Of a DNA stretch of 64,000 nucleotides, positions 7,788 through 17,048 are shown one piece after another. The notes below the pieces were generated by a model that was given only the letters and a program-made list of their open reading frames with translations, was not told where the DNA came from and did not search any database. The stretch is taken from assembly GCA_963662465.1 (NCBI GenBank), contig OY759599.1, forward strand, positions 7,744,001-7,808,000, read 5' to 3'. This stretch comes from Desulfatiglandales bacterium. GTDB lineage: Bacteria > Desulfobacterota > DSM-4660 > Desulfatiglandales > Desulfatiglandaceae. The stretch's first letter is position 1, and each line of letters starts with the position of its first letter. The position numbers and the translations under genes are program-made.

Positions 7788-9785
7788 CTAAAGTTCCAGC
7801 TGTGCTTTTGCGGATTCCATTTTATCGTGGCATTCTTCCCACTTTTCAATCTGGGTATCCAGTTTTCTTTTGACCTCTTTGTATTCGGTTAAGAGCGGCA
7901 CGCTTTTTTCGTTGTCTTCAAATATTTTCGGGTCGGCAAGGAGGATTTCCACCGCCTTCTGTTGGGTTTCCAGTTGGGAGATGAAGGCTTCCGTTTGTTC
8001 AAGTTCCCGTTGAATCGGTGCTAGAACTTTGTGAATCCGCTGCCGCTGTTCAGCCGCTTTCCGCTTATCCTTTTTTCGATGCCGGCTTTTATTGCCTGAA
8101 AGGACCGTGTCCTTTTGTGTGGTATCGGAGGCAGGTTTCAGCCCTTTTCCGGGATTTCCCGGGTTAATATCCGCTTCGGTTTCGGAAAGATGCCGGTAAT
8201 ATTCTTTCAGGGTGCCGGGGTATTCGATCATTTCCCGGCCGCTGATGTCCCAGATCTTGGTGGCCAGGCGGTTGACAAAGGACTGGTTGTGGGAAACGAA
8301 AAGGAGGGTGCCGCCATATCCCGACAATGCATCAATCAATGTTTCTGAGCTTTCGATGTCAAGGTGGTTGGTGGGCTCATCCATGAGCATGAAATTTCCG
8401 GGTTTGACGAGGAGCTTTGCAAGGGATACCCGGGCTCTTTCCCCACCGGAAAGGACGCTGATGAACTTGTCCACATCATTGCCCGAAAAGAGAAAGGCCC
8501 CGCAGACCGATCTTACAAATCCGATGCTCGCATCGGGGGCCGACTGGTAGACTTCTTCCACTACGGTTTTTTGAGGATTGAGCAGGTCGGAATGGTGCTG
8601 GGCAAAATAGGCGATATTGACCTGATGGCCCAGAACAATTTTTCCCTGATCCGGCGTCAGTTCCCCTGCCACGGCACGAAGCAGGGTGGTTTTTCCGCAA
8701 CCGTTGGGGCCGATAATGGCGATCCGTTCGCCCCGGGTGACTCTCAGGTTGAGATGTTCATAGAGAATGTTATCCCCGAACCGTTTTGACACATCCCGAA
8801 TGGCAACCACTTCATCTCCGCTTCGCGGAATGGGCGGAAAGGAGAAGCGGAGGGTTTTTTCCTTGCGATGGGTCTGAACGATTTCCATCTTTTCCACCAG
8901 TTTAATTTTGCTCTGAGCCTGGCGGGCCTTGTTGGCCTTGGATTTGAACCGTTCAATGAATTTCTGAGCGTCCTTGATTTTTTGTTCCTGATTTTTGGCT
9001 TTGGCTTCAAGGGTTTTAACTTCTTCGCCGCGGGCTTTTAGGTAGAAGTCATAATTGCCGCTGTAGGAGCGCATGCCTTCCGTTTCAAATGAAACAATGC
9101 GGTTGATCTGCCGATTGAGAAATTCCCTGTCGTGAGAGATCAGAATCATGGCGCCCTTAAAGCCCTGAAGAAACGTTTCCAGCCATCTTACGGAGGGCAT
9201 GTCGAGGTGATTGGTGGGCTCGTCCAGGAGAAGCAGATCGGGTTTTTGGTACAGAAGCCTTGCCAGGGCGGCCCTCATCTTCCACCCGCCGCTGAGTGTG
9301 GAAACAGGTTTTTGAAAATCCGACACGTTAAATCCGAGGCCCGATAGGATTTTTTCCGCCTCGTGATGGGGAAAATTGAGATCCAGGCGGTTTATTTCCT
9401 GGTGTATATTGGCAACCTGTTTGCCAAGGTTGCTCTGGCGCTGTTTATCGGAAGCCTTTTCAAGGGAATGTTCCGCTTCTTTCAGATCTTTTTCAAGCGC
9501 CAATCGCCCCGGTATGGCGCTGAGGACCGACTGAAGCAGGGATCCTGATTCAATTTCCTGTATATCCTGGGCAAGGTATCCCATACGGGAATTCTTCGCA
9601 ATTTTGATCTCTCCGCTATCGGGTGCGATCTCACCCATGATAACGCGGAGCAGGGTGGTTTTTCCGCTTCCGTTGGGACCTACCAGGCCGATGCGATCTC
9701 CGGGATTGACTTGAAGTCCTACCTGGTTGAAAATCTGCCGTTCAACAAAGTTGAGGGAAACCTTAATGACGCTTACAAGACTCAT
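7788..9785 (-). CDS. ABC-F family ATP-binding protein
   Basis: Two ABC domains (GPNGSGKT/LSGGW/DEPTNHLD; GPNGCGKT/LSGGE/DEPTNHLD), no TM, C-terminal coiled coil. Confidence 0.95.
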   Translation of the reverse strand: MSLVSVIKVSLNFVERQIFNQVGLQVNPGDRIGLVGPNGSGKTTLLRVIMGEIAPDSGEIKIAKNSRMGYLAQDIQEIESGSLLQSVLSAIPGRLALEKDLKEAEHSLEKASDKQRQSNLGKQVANIHQEINRLDLNFPHHEAEKILSGLGFNVSDFQKPVSTLSGGWKMRAALARLLYQKPDLLLLDEPTNHLDMPSVRWLETFLQGFKGAMILISHDREFLNRQINRIVSFETEGMRSYSGNYDFYLKARGEEVKTLEAKAKNQEQKIKDAQKFIERFKSKANKARQAQSKIKLVEKMEIVQTHRKEKTLRFSFPPIPRSGDEVVAIRDVSKRFGDNILYEHLNLRVTRGERIAIIGPNGCGKTTLLRAVAGELTPDQGKIVLGHQVNIAYFAQHHSDLLNPQKTVVEEVYQSAPDASIGFVRSVCGAFLFSGNDVDKFISVLSGGERARVSLAKLLVKPGNFMLMDEPTNHLDIESSETLIDALSGYGGTLLFVSHNQSFVNRLATKIWDISGREMIEYPGTLKEYYRHLSETEADINPGNPGKGLKPASDTTQKDTVLSGNKSRHRKKDKRKAAEQRQRIHKVLAPIQRELEQTEAFISQLETQQKAVEILLADPKIFEDNEKSVPLLTEYKEVKRKLDTQIEKWEECHDKMESAKAQLEL

Positions 9786-10014
9786 GGCTTTTTTGTGTGA
9801 TCTCTGTTATTTTTTAAACCTGCGCGAGGCCATCCGCCCCCGCGGAGAATGGCTTACCCTTGCACGGGCGCCGTTCCGGGGCTGAAATAAGGATTTCAAG
9901 CGCCGGTGAAGTTGGTTTGAAGGCTTATATATAATGGTTAATGCTGAATTTGCAAGGGTCATCGGTTTTCAATTTCCGAAGATTGGAAAAGCCATGACCC
10001 ATGAACGATAACCG

Positions 10015-11832
10015 GTGAGGCTTAGGGTGACATCAGAACCGATCCAACGTAAACTGGCAGCGATCTTGAGCGCGGATGTTAAGGGATACAGTCGCCTTAT
10101 GGGTCAGGATGAAGCGGCGACGGTAACGGCTATCAGGGCGCGTCGCCGGATTATGGCTTCCGCCATTGAACGCGGGCACGGCAGGGTGGTTGATTCCCCC
10201 GGGGATAATGTCCTGGCGGAGTTTGCCAGCGCCGTGGATGCGCTTAAATGCGCCGTTGCCATACAGGAGGCGCTGGAGAAAAAAAATGCGGAATTGCCCG
10301 ATGACCGTAGAATGGTTTTCCGCATGGGGATCAATATCGGAGACGTGATCGTTGAAGGCGGGGAGATCTATGGAGATGGCGTCAATATCGCCGCAAGGCT
10401 GGAGGGCCTGGCCGACCCGGGAGGCATTTGTATTTCAGGGACCCTGTATGACCAGGTGAAGCGAAAGGTCCATTATCGATACGATTTCATGGGTCTGCAA
10501 ACGGTCAAGAACATATCCGAGGCGGTTCGGGCCTATCGTGTGACATGGAAAGACGCCGATATGGTGAAGGGCGCCGAAAAAAGAAAAAAGTCCTACAGAT
10601 TGATCCTATTTACGGGGAAAGGGTCCGGGTTTATACCGAAAGTAATCGCGACATGCTTTTTGATGCTTCTGCTGATGCCTTTTGCGAACCATTTTAACCT
10701 TAACCTGTTGACGAAAATGTGGCAGTGTCGCCTGACCCTGTTGCCCAATGCGCACCAGGTGACCGTTGTCACCATTGACAAAGACGAATATCGGAAGATG
10801 AATGTGAAGGGGGGAGAATTGCCGCCGCCCCCATTTGATTCAAGGCCGAAGCTTTGGCGTCAATACAACCCGACGGTTATCAAACACCTTTTTGAAATGG
10901 GCGTGGGCGCCGTGGGATTTGATTTCTGGTATTCCCCCGCCAATGATGCAGCCGAGAAAAAGGCCACGAACCGATTTGTCGAGAGTCTCAAATGGGCCAG
11001 GGAAAAAGAGTTTCCCGTTATTCTGGGGCAGTACCGTAATACGCAGGATCAGGCCGTTTACAGCCAGACCGACTGGGGCTTTATTTCCGTATACAGGGAT
11101 TTGACCTGGATCAATGAAGTCATGTACCTGAAGACCTGGGACAGGATGGCGGTATCGGGGGTCGTGGTGGACCGCCCGGGTTTCTTTTTACAGGTATTGG
11201 CGGAAAAATTGAGGTTGAAACCGGTGCTGGACGAAAGCGGGGTGAGGCTCATTGGACCACCGATTCCAAGGCGGCTGTGGTTGGCCTTTGCTGAGACGCC
11301 TTTTACAACCGTGCCCTATCACGAAGTTTACAATGGATGGGCGGATGAGAAGTTGTTTTCGGGGCGGATGGTTCTTATCGGTATGGGGGGCGCTGAAACG
11401 GATTACTTCCATGTTCCGTACAGTCCCACCGATTTCACGCCCCATAACAAGGCGGATGGTTATGGAATGCCTGGCGTATTTCTGTTCGCCCATGCCGTCA
11501 ATCAGATGGTTCAAGGCTATTATCACACTGAAATAAACGATGAATGGAGACTGACGGGTTCAGGTGAAACCATTTCACTCTTTCATCTGGAGAGCATTCT
11601 GTATCTCTTGCTTGAAACCATCGGCACATGTTTGTTAGTCTATGGGGTGTCGATTATTACCCGAAACAAGGGACTATGGAAAACTCTTTTCCGGGCGTGG
11701 TTGGCAATGGCGGCTCTTATTGCGGCACTGGTCTTTATCCCCGTTCTTTTTGGGCTGGCTAATTTTTTATTGGCGGGCCTTGTTTTTTCGTTATTGTCAG
11801 TCAGGGGCATGAAAAACCAAAAACTCGCTTGA
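10015..11832 (+). CDS. Class III nucleotide cyclase with C-terminal CHASE2 sensor and TM helices
   Basis: RKLAAILSADVKGYS, PGDNVLAEF, RMGINIGDV, YGDGVNIAARLE; a TM; then CHASE2 motifs VVTID, AVGFDF, VLIG..D...P, MPGVFLFAHA; three terminal hydrophobic helices. Confidence 0.85.
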   Translation: MRLRVTSEPIQRKLAAILSADVKGYSRLMGQDEAATVTAIRARRRIMASAIERGHGRVVDSPGDNVLAEFASAVDALKCAVAIQEALEKKNAELPDDRRMVFRMGINIGDVIVEGGEIYGDGVNIAARLEGLADPGGICISGTLYDQVKRKVHYRYDFMGLQTVKNISEAVRAYRVTWKDADMVKGAEKRKKSYRLILFTGKGSGFIPKVIATCFLMLLLMPFANHFNLNLLTKMWQCRLTLLPNAHQVTVVTIDKDEYRKMNVKGGELPPPPFDSRPKLWRQYNPTVIKHLFEMGVGAVGFDFWYSPANDAAEKKATNRFVESLKWAREKEFPVILGQYRNTQDQAVYSQTDWGFISVYRDLTWINEVMYLKTWDRMAVSGVVVDRPGFFLQVLAEKLRLKPVLDESGVRLIGPPIPRRLWLAFAETPFTTVPYHEVYNGWADEKLFSGRMVLIGMGGAETDYFHVPYSPTDFTPHNKADGYGMPGVFLFAHAVNQMVQGYYHTEINDEWRLTGSGETISLFHLESILYLLLETIGTCLLVYGVSIITRNKGLWKTLFRAWLAMAALIAALVFIPVLFGLANFLLAGLVFSLLSVRGMKNQKLA

Positions 11833-11898
11833 AACATTTTTAAAGACGGGCTTTTCGACGGAAAAAAGGGTCGCAGTTGCTGAAAGGGGATTAGCAAT

Positions 11899-12384
11899 AT
11901 GAATTTAGATAAATTGAGATGGGTTATACCCTTGTTTTGCGTTATGGTTTTGTGGGTGTTTCAGGGATTCGCGGGGGAAAGGGAAGGCAAACAAAACCCG
12001 GTAAATTCAGGGATGATTGAAATTGACTGTAACATCTCACACCTGGAATTATATCTGTGTTCTAAAGAAAAATACCAAAGAAAGGAAACACGGGTGTTTT
12101 TCGGTCTGATAAAATCGGAGCGGTTTGTCTGTTCTGAAGGAGAGATTTCGCTGGGAGAGACGCCGGTTAAGCCGATGCATGTGCCGCCCGGAAAATACAT
12201 ATTGTTGGTCCCTCGGGATTACCGATGGGAACATGACGGTCCCATTGAGATCGATGTAAAGACCGGGAAAAGAAGGTATTTTCTATTGAAGCTTTTCAGC
12301 ACCCGGGCCGATAGAAGCGGCGATGACCACGGTGGGGGTGGTGGCGGTGGCGGCGGTGGCGGCGGTGGCGGCGGGGCACGTTGA
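11899..12384 (+). CDS. Hypothetical exported protein with poly-Gly tail
   Basis: Signal-peptide-like N-terminus; LGETPVK..VPPGKYIL resembles PEGA-type beta domains; 15 Gly at the C-terminus. Confidence 0.7.
   Translation: MNLDKLRWVIPLFCVMVLWVFQGFAGEREGKQNPVNSGMIEIDCNISHLELYLCSKEKYQRKETRVFFGLIKSERFVCSEGEISLGETPVKPMHVPPGKYILLVPRDYRWEHDGPIEIDVKTGKRRYFLLKLFSTRADRSGDDHGGGGGGGGGGGGGGGAR
12331..12375 (+). repeat. (GGN)15 trinucleotide run encoding poly-Gly
   Basis: ggtgggggtggtggcggtggcggcggtggcggcggtggcggcggg. Confidence 0.9.
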
Positions 12385-12398
12385 TCAGCGCCGGTTTA

Positions 12399-12848
12399 TT
12401 AACGCCCGGCATGACTTGGCATGGCGCGATGCTCCACCATGATGCACCGGTTCATGACGACCTGTATGCCCGCCTTCCTGGCTTTTGCGGCGGCGTCGTT
12501 ATGGAAAATCCCCAGTTGCATCCAGATGGCTTTGACCCCCATGCGAATGCACTGGTCCACCACCGGGGGAACACGGGTGGAATTGATGAAGAGGTTGGCC
12601 ACATCAATGGTAAATGGGATGTCTTCAAGGGTTTTGTAGCAGGTTCTTTCCAGTATTTGTTGCTGCCCCGGATTTACGGGAATCATGTCATAGCCCTGTT
12701 CCAACAGATATCGGGCGACCCTGTTGCTGTCCCTGGATGCTTTGGGCGATAGGCCCATAACCGCAATTCGCTTTGAATTCCGCAGTATTTTTGCTATTTT
12801 TTCCGCAGGGAGCGTGTAATCAGGTAGTTCGCATTCGATAGCTTGCAT
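12399..12848 (-). CDS. CoA-binding protein (YccU family)
   Basis: IAVMGLSPKASRDSNRVA, PVNP, IWMQLGI, VVMNRC. Confidence 0.92.
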   Translation of the reverse strand: MQAIECELPDYTLPAEKIAKILRNSKRIAVMGLSPKASRDSNRVARYLLEQGYDMIPVNPGQQQILERTCYKTLEDIPFTIDVANLFINSTRVPPVVDQCIRMGVKAIWMQLGIFHNDAAAKARKAGIQVVMNRCIMVEHRAMPSHAGR

Positions 12849-12856
12849 GGGTTCCC

Positions 12857-13171
12857 CTACGTTAACAAATTCTTGACGGTTTCCGCTTTTTTCTTTACAT
12901 CCATGGCCTTTTTGACCCCTGGGACCTGTTCCATGACTTTTTCGACCATCTGACTTTCCAGATCGAGTGGTTTTTCGGTCTGTGATGGTTCAATTTTTTT
13001 CACGGATTTTTCATCGGAGTGTTTTTCCGATTTCAATTCCTTTTTGACATTCCTGAATTCCCTGATAGCGCCGCCGAGGCCTTTACCAATATCCGGAAGG
13101 CGCTTAGCGCCAAAGATAAAAATGACAATAATGGCAATGACAATCAGTTCCGTAGGACCAAGCCCGAACAT
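12857..13171 (-). CDS. tatA: Twin-arginine translocase TatA/E subunit
   Basis: MFGLGPTELIVIAIIVIFIFGAKRLPDIGKGLGGAIREF. Confidence 0.93.
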   Translation of the reverse strand: MFGLGPTELIVIAIIVIFIFGAKRLPDIGKGLGGAIREFRNVKKELKSEKHSDEKSVKKIEPSQTEKPLDLESQMVEKVMEQVPGVKKAMDVKKKAETVKNLLT

Positions 13172-13173
13172 CG

Positions 13174-14250
13174 TTAACTCCTCTCAAGCCCTACGAATTG
13201 GACAGGGTTTTCATTTTCGTCTCGTGCTTCTATGGTTCCGATACAGTATGCTGCTTCTCCCATGGCTTTCAGCCTCAAGAGTACCTCGTCGACTTCTTCC
13301 TCATTGACGACGATCAAAAGTCCCAAGCCGTTATTAAAGGTCAGCAGCATGTCATGATCCGATACACGTCCGGCTTTTTGGATATATTGAAATACCGGGT
13401 GGGGAACCCAGGCGGTTGTGTCAATGACAGCCTTGCAACGTGAAGGAAATATGCGGGGGGGATTTTCGATGAGCCCTCCGCCCGTGATGTGGCTGATGCC
13501 GTAGAGATGAAAATCCCTTCTTAGATTGCTGATGGTTCTGGCGTATATACGGGTAGGTTCAAGGAGTTCCTCACCAAGGGTTCGACCAAAATCCGGAACA
13601 TGGTCGGAAACGGACATTTTCAGGTCATTAAAGAAAATTTTGCGTACCAGTGAGTATCCGTTGCTGTGGAGACCGCTGGAACCGATGCCGATCAGCCGAT
13701 GGCCTACGGCAATTTCGCTTCCGTCCAGCAGTTCTTCGTTATCGGCCATGCCGACCACGAATCCGGCCAAATCGTATTCGTCTTTTGCGTAAAAACCGGG
13801 CATCTCAGCGGTTTCTCCTCCGATGAGCGAGCATTTTGCGTCGATACACCCTGCTGCAATCCCTTTCACAATTTCTACGGCTTTATTTTCATCCAGCACG
13901 CCCATGGATATGTAGTCAAGGAAAAAAAGAGGAGATGCGCCCTGTACGACAATATCATTGACGCACATGGCGACGAGGTCGAGCCCGATGGTATCATGTT
14001 TGTCGAGCATGAAGGCAATCTTGAGCTTTGTCCCAACGCCGTCGGTAGAGCTGACCAGGACAGGGTTTTTGATGTGCTGAACTTGCAGCGAAAAGAGACC
14101 GGCAAATCCGCCGATATTTGTGATGACGCCCGGGGTCTGGGTTTTGGCAACAATCGGTTTGATTTGCTCTACAAATCTCTTTCCTGCCTCAATGTCGACG
14201 CCTGCTTCGGCGTATTGATCTTTTAGATTATCCGGTTTTAGGGGGTTCAT
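13174..14250 (-). CDS. purM: Phosphoribosylformylglycinamidine cyclo-ligase
   Basis: YAEAGVDI, STDGVGTK, VAMCVND, GGETAEMPG, SSGLHSNGYSL, HITGGG. Confidence 0.97.
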   Translation of the reverse strand: MNPLKPDNLKDQYAEAGVDIEAGKRFVEQIKPIVAKTQTPGVITNIGGFAGLFSLQVQHIKNPVLVSSTDGVGTKLKIAFMLDKHDTIGLDLVAMCVNDIVVQGASPLFFLDYISMGVLDENKAVEIVKGIAAGCIDAKCSLIGGETAEMPGFYAKDEYDLAGFVVGMADNEELLDGSEIAVGHRLIGIGSSGLHSNGYSLVRKIFFNDLKMSVSDHVPDFGRTLGEELLEPTRIYARTISNLRRDFHLYGISHITGGGLIENPPRIFPSRCKAVIDTTAWVPHPVFQYIQKAGRVSDHDMLLTFNNGLGLLIVVNEEEVDEVLLRLKAMGEAAYCIGTIEARDENENPVQFVGLERS

Positions 14251-14394
14251 TCTTTTTTAACTCCATTTCAGGCAATCCCGAATCGATTTTTACCGGGCGA
14301 TGGTTCTCTGTTTATTTCGTAAATAGTCGTTTGCGAGTTCAAAGGATGTATTCCTTTGGATTTTTATCTACCCCCTGAACCCGTGAACGGTTAT

Positions 14395-14721
14395 TTAGAG
14401 GGCAAACAATTGCTCAATTCTTTGGGCAAGCATGATGTCTCCGACCGCTTTGAGTTTCCCACCCATAAAAGCTTGCATGCCGTTGATTTGTTTGTTAATC
14501 ATGCCAAGCCATGTTTCAGCTGACATGGTGAGTGTTACGGTGGGGGCGTCATGGGCGCCTTCCATGATTTCACAGTTTCCGCCATTGATGGCAATGTTCC
14601 AGCTCCCGCCATCATCCCCGGTTATTTCAAATTGAAATACCGCATTCAAATCTTGGGCCGCATCAGCATTAAACACCTCGGGCATTTTGTTAAATACGTC
14701 CCTTACATTCATTAAAGCCAT
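14395..14721 (-). CDS. SCP2 sterol/lipid-binding domain protein
   Basis: AVFQFEITG..GGSW, PTVTL, AFMGGKLKAVGDIMLA; AGGAGGAGG RBS. Confidence 0.9.
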   Translation of the reverse strand: MALMNVRDVFNKMPEVFNADAAQDLNAVFQFEITGDDGGSWNIAINGGNCEIMEGAHDAPTVTLTMSAETWLGMINKQINGMQAFMGGKLKAVGDIMLAQRIEQLFAL

Positions 14722-14778
14722 TTTTAGTCCTCCTCCTGCTTTCCTCTTTTTCGGACCGGATATAACTAGCAAATGATC

Positions 14779-14856
14779 CTATTGTCAATCAATATTGACA
14801 ATAGCCGAAATTTCTTATTTTAGCAATGGAACCTTATTCTAAAAATAAGAAATTTC
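14779..14856. promoter_or_regulatory. Two adjacent inverted repeats in a divergent promoter region
   Basis: CTATTGTCAAT-N4-ATTGACAATAG (14779-14804; TTGACA on both strands) and GAAATTTCTTATTTTAG-N15-CTAAAAATAAGAAATTTC (14807-14856). Confidence 0.6.
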
Positions 14857-14976
14857 CCATGGCAAAATATTAAAAAGTGGTTTCGCTTTATGAGAACTGA
14901 TTATTTTGTGATTTTTCTTGCAATATCGTAATGCCTATGCTAAAAATCCCGCATTTTAGTTGAGGATGCAAGTGCC

Positions 14977-15330
14977 GTGAAAAGGAAAGCCCCTCCGCTA
15001 GTGGCGTTTTTGGGTAAAGATACTGCATTTGAGGGGACGTTGTCCTTTACCGGCGGTCTTCGGATTGATGGTTGTTTTCAGGGAGAGATTACGACTGATG
15101 GGACCCTGATTGTGGGAAAAACTGCGGTTATCCGAGGTGAAATTCGTGCTTCATACGTTCTTGTCAGCGGTGAAATTCATGGCAATACCGTTGCGGACCG
15201 GAGGGTCGAGGTTTTGACATCCGCCAGGATTTTCGGGGATATACAGTCTCCGGAGATTATTGTGGGTTCAGGTGCTGTTTTTGAGGGGAAATGTCGAACG
15301 GAAAGCAGTGGAACGGCGTCATTCATCTAA
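14977..15330 (+). CDS. Bactofilin (polymer-forming cytoskeletal protein)
   Basis: FLGKDTAFEGTLSFTGGLRIDG..GEI, GAVFEGKC; upstream TTGCAA-N17-TAAAAA at 14918-14946. Confidence 0.92.
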   Translation: MKRKAPPLVAFLGKDTAFEGTLSFTGGLRIDGCFQGEITTDGTLIVGKTAVIRGEIRASYVLVSGEIHGNTVADRRVEVLTSARIFGDIQSPEIIVGSGAVFEGKCRTESSGTASFI

Positions 15331-15353
15331 CGGCATAGGCGTGAAAAAAGGTT

Positions 15354-15382
15354 TTGACAATCGCCGTTTTTTTTTGTAAAAG
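15354..15382 (+). promoter_or_regulatory. Putative sigma70 promoter of the atp operon
   Basis: TTGACA-N17-TAAAAG. Confidence 0.45.
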
Positions 15383-15469
15383 GCGGTAATTTTGTGTGAA
15401 GTAGCCCTGTTTGTAGTTCATTGTAAACCTAAAACCCATGGGAAATCGTGATGAAAGGATGCCTCTGAT

Positions 15470-15898
15470 ATGCTGAATATAGATGGTACACTAATTCTTC
15501 AAATAGCTAATTTTCTTATTCTTCTTGTGGTGATGAACATTATCCTCTATAAGCCGATCCGTGGGATATTGGCAAAAAGAAGTGAGGAGATGGCATCACG
15601 TCAAAGGATGATTGATGATTATCAGGACCGTGTGGCGGAGAATGAGAAAGCGATCGAGACCGGTATGGTTTCGGCACGAAAGGAAGGCTATCAGGAAAAA
15701 GAATCCCTGAAGATTCAAGGCCAGGATGAGGAAAAAGGGGTTCTTCAGGAAGCCGGCGCCGCCGTCGAGCGGAAGCTGACAGCTGCGAAGCAGGAGATTG
15801 AGATTAAAATGGTGGCTGCCAGAGAAACCCTGGAGGGAGAGATTGTCGGTTTTTCCAATGAGTTGGCTGAAAAAATTCTGGGGAGGAGTGTTCAATGA
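15470..15898 (+). CDS. atpF: ATP synthase F0 subunit b'
   Basis: TLILQIANFLILLVVMNIILYKPI plus coiled coil; first gene of the atp operon. Confidence 0.92.
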   Translation: MLNIDGTLILQIANFLILLVVMNIILYKPIRGILAKRSEEMASRQRMIDDYQDRVAENEKAIETGMVSARKEGYQEKESLKIQGQDEEKGVLQEAGAAVERKLTAAKQEIEIKMVAARETLEGEIVGFSNELAEKILGRSVQ

Positions 15899-16500
15899 TT
15901 AGTTTAGGAAGCAAAAAGGGGAAATCAATTCTGATTGTTGGTATTGCGCTGCTCTTTATGATCACTCTCTGTGGGGTTGCTTTTGCGAGTGGCGGTGAAG
16001 GTGCGTCGGCGGGGCACGATCAAATGCTTAACCTGATGTATCGCCTTCTCAATTTTGCCCTTCTGGTGATTATTCTCGTGGTGATTGTCAAGAAGACCTC
16101 CATGCTGCGTTTTTTCGGAGAGAGAAGGGACGAAATCAAGAAAAAGCTTGAGGAGTTGACGAAGGAACGCCAGGCAGCTGAAAATCGGAGTCGAGAGCTT
16201 GAGACCAAGCTTCGGGAATTTGAAATTCAGAAAAAGGAGATCCTCGAACAGTTCAGGGCTGAAGGCGCGGCGGAAAAAGCGCTAATTATCGCTGAAGCCA
16301 GGGAAAGGGCAGCGCAACTCATCAGCCAGGCGGATCGCACCATTGAGCGTGAGATTCAAGGCGCCACTGAGAGACTAAAACAGGAAGTGGTTGAAATAGC
16401 GGCCCTGCGGGCGGAGGAAATTATTGTCAAAGGGATAAGGGACAGTGATCAGGACCACTTGGTGAATGAATTCATTAAAAGCGTGGAGAAACTACATTGA
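15895..16500 (+). CDS. atpF: ATP synthase F0 subunit b
   Basis: YRLLNFALLVIIL, coiled coil, DQDHLVNEFI. Confidence 0.92.
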   Translation: MISLGSKKGKSILIVGIALLFMITLCGVAFASGGEGASAGHDQMLNLMYRLLNFALLVIILVVIVKKTSMLRFFGERRDEIKKKLEELTKERQAAENRSRELETKLREFEIQKKEILEQFRAEGAAEKALIIAEARERAAQLISQADRTIEREIQGATERLKQEVVEIAALRAEEIIVKGIRDSDQDHLVNEFIKSVEKLH

Positions 16501-17048
16501 CCGGTTCAAAGATTTCCAAAAGATATGCAAAGGCGCTGCTCAGTCTGGGGCAGGAAGATGGGAATTATGCGGAATACGGGGATAACCTGAGGGAATTCGC
16601 CGGATTTTGCGAGGAGAACCCGGAATTCGGTAAGGTAATCTGCAATCCGGTTTTTTCCGTGGATGATCGAAAAAAGGTGCTGAATGTGATACTGGAGAAA
16701 AGCCCCTTTGCTGATTATGTCAAGAACTTTCTGCGGCTTCTCCTGGACAAAAACAGGATACAGAACATCGAAGATGTTTCAGCCAATTACACACGACTCA
16801 CCGATGAGATTTCAAACATTATCCGTGCTAATATCATTACGGCCCGACCTTTGAAAGTTGAGGCAATGGACAAACTGGATGTTGTCCTTGCAAAGATTAC
16901 TTCCAAGACGGTCAAAACCAATGTGGAAGAGGATGCGTCTCTCATTGGGGGGCTTGTCGTAAAGATAGGTGATTTGGTATTGGATGGCAGTGTCAGGGCA
17001 CAGCTTGAAGGCCTAAAAGAATCATTTAAGAGGGGTGAATATAACTAA
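16497..17048 (+). CDS. atpH: ATP synthase F1 delta
   Basis: [26 protein letters not shown]...DGSVRAQL. Confidence 0.96.
   Translation: MTGSKISKRYAKALLSLGQEDGNYAEYGDNLREFAGFCEENPEFGKVICNPVFSVDDRKKVLNVILEKSPFADYVKNFLRLLLDKNRIQNIEDVSANYTRLTDEISNIIRANIITARPLKVEAMDKLDVVLAKITSKTVKTNVEEDASLIGGLVVKIGDLVLDGSVRAQLEGLKESFKRGEYN

Noticed and set aside
9850..9864. Possible sigma54 promoter TGGC...TTGCA
   Set aside because: GG-to-GC spacing is 9 rather than the required 10.
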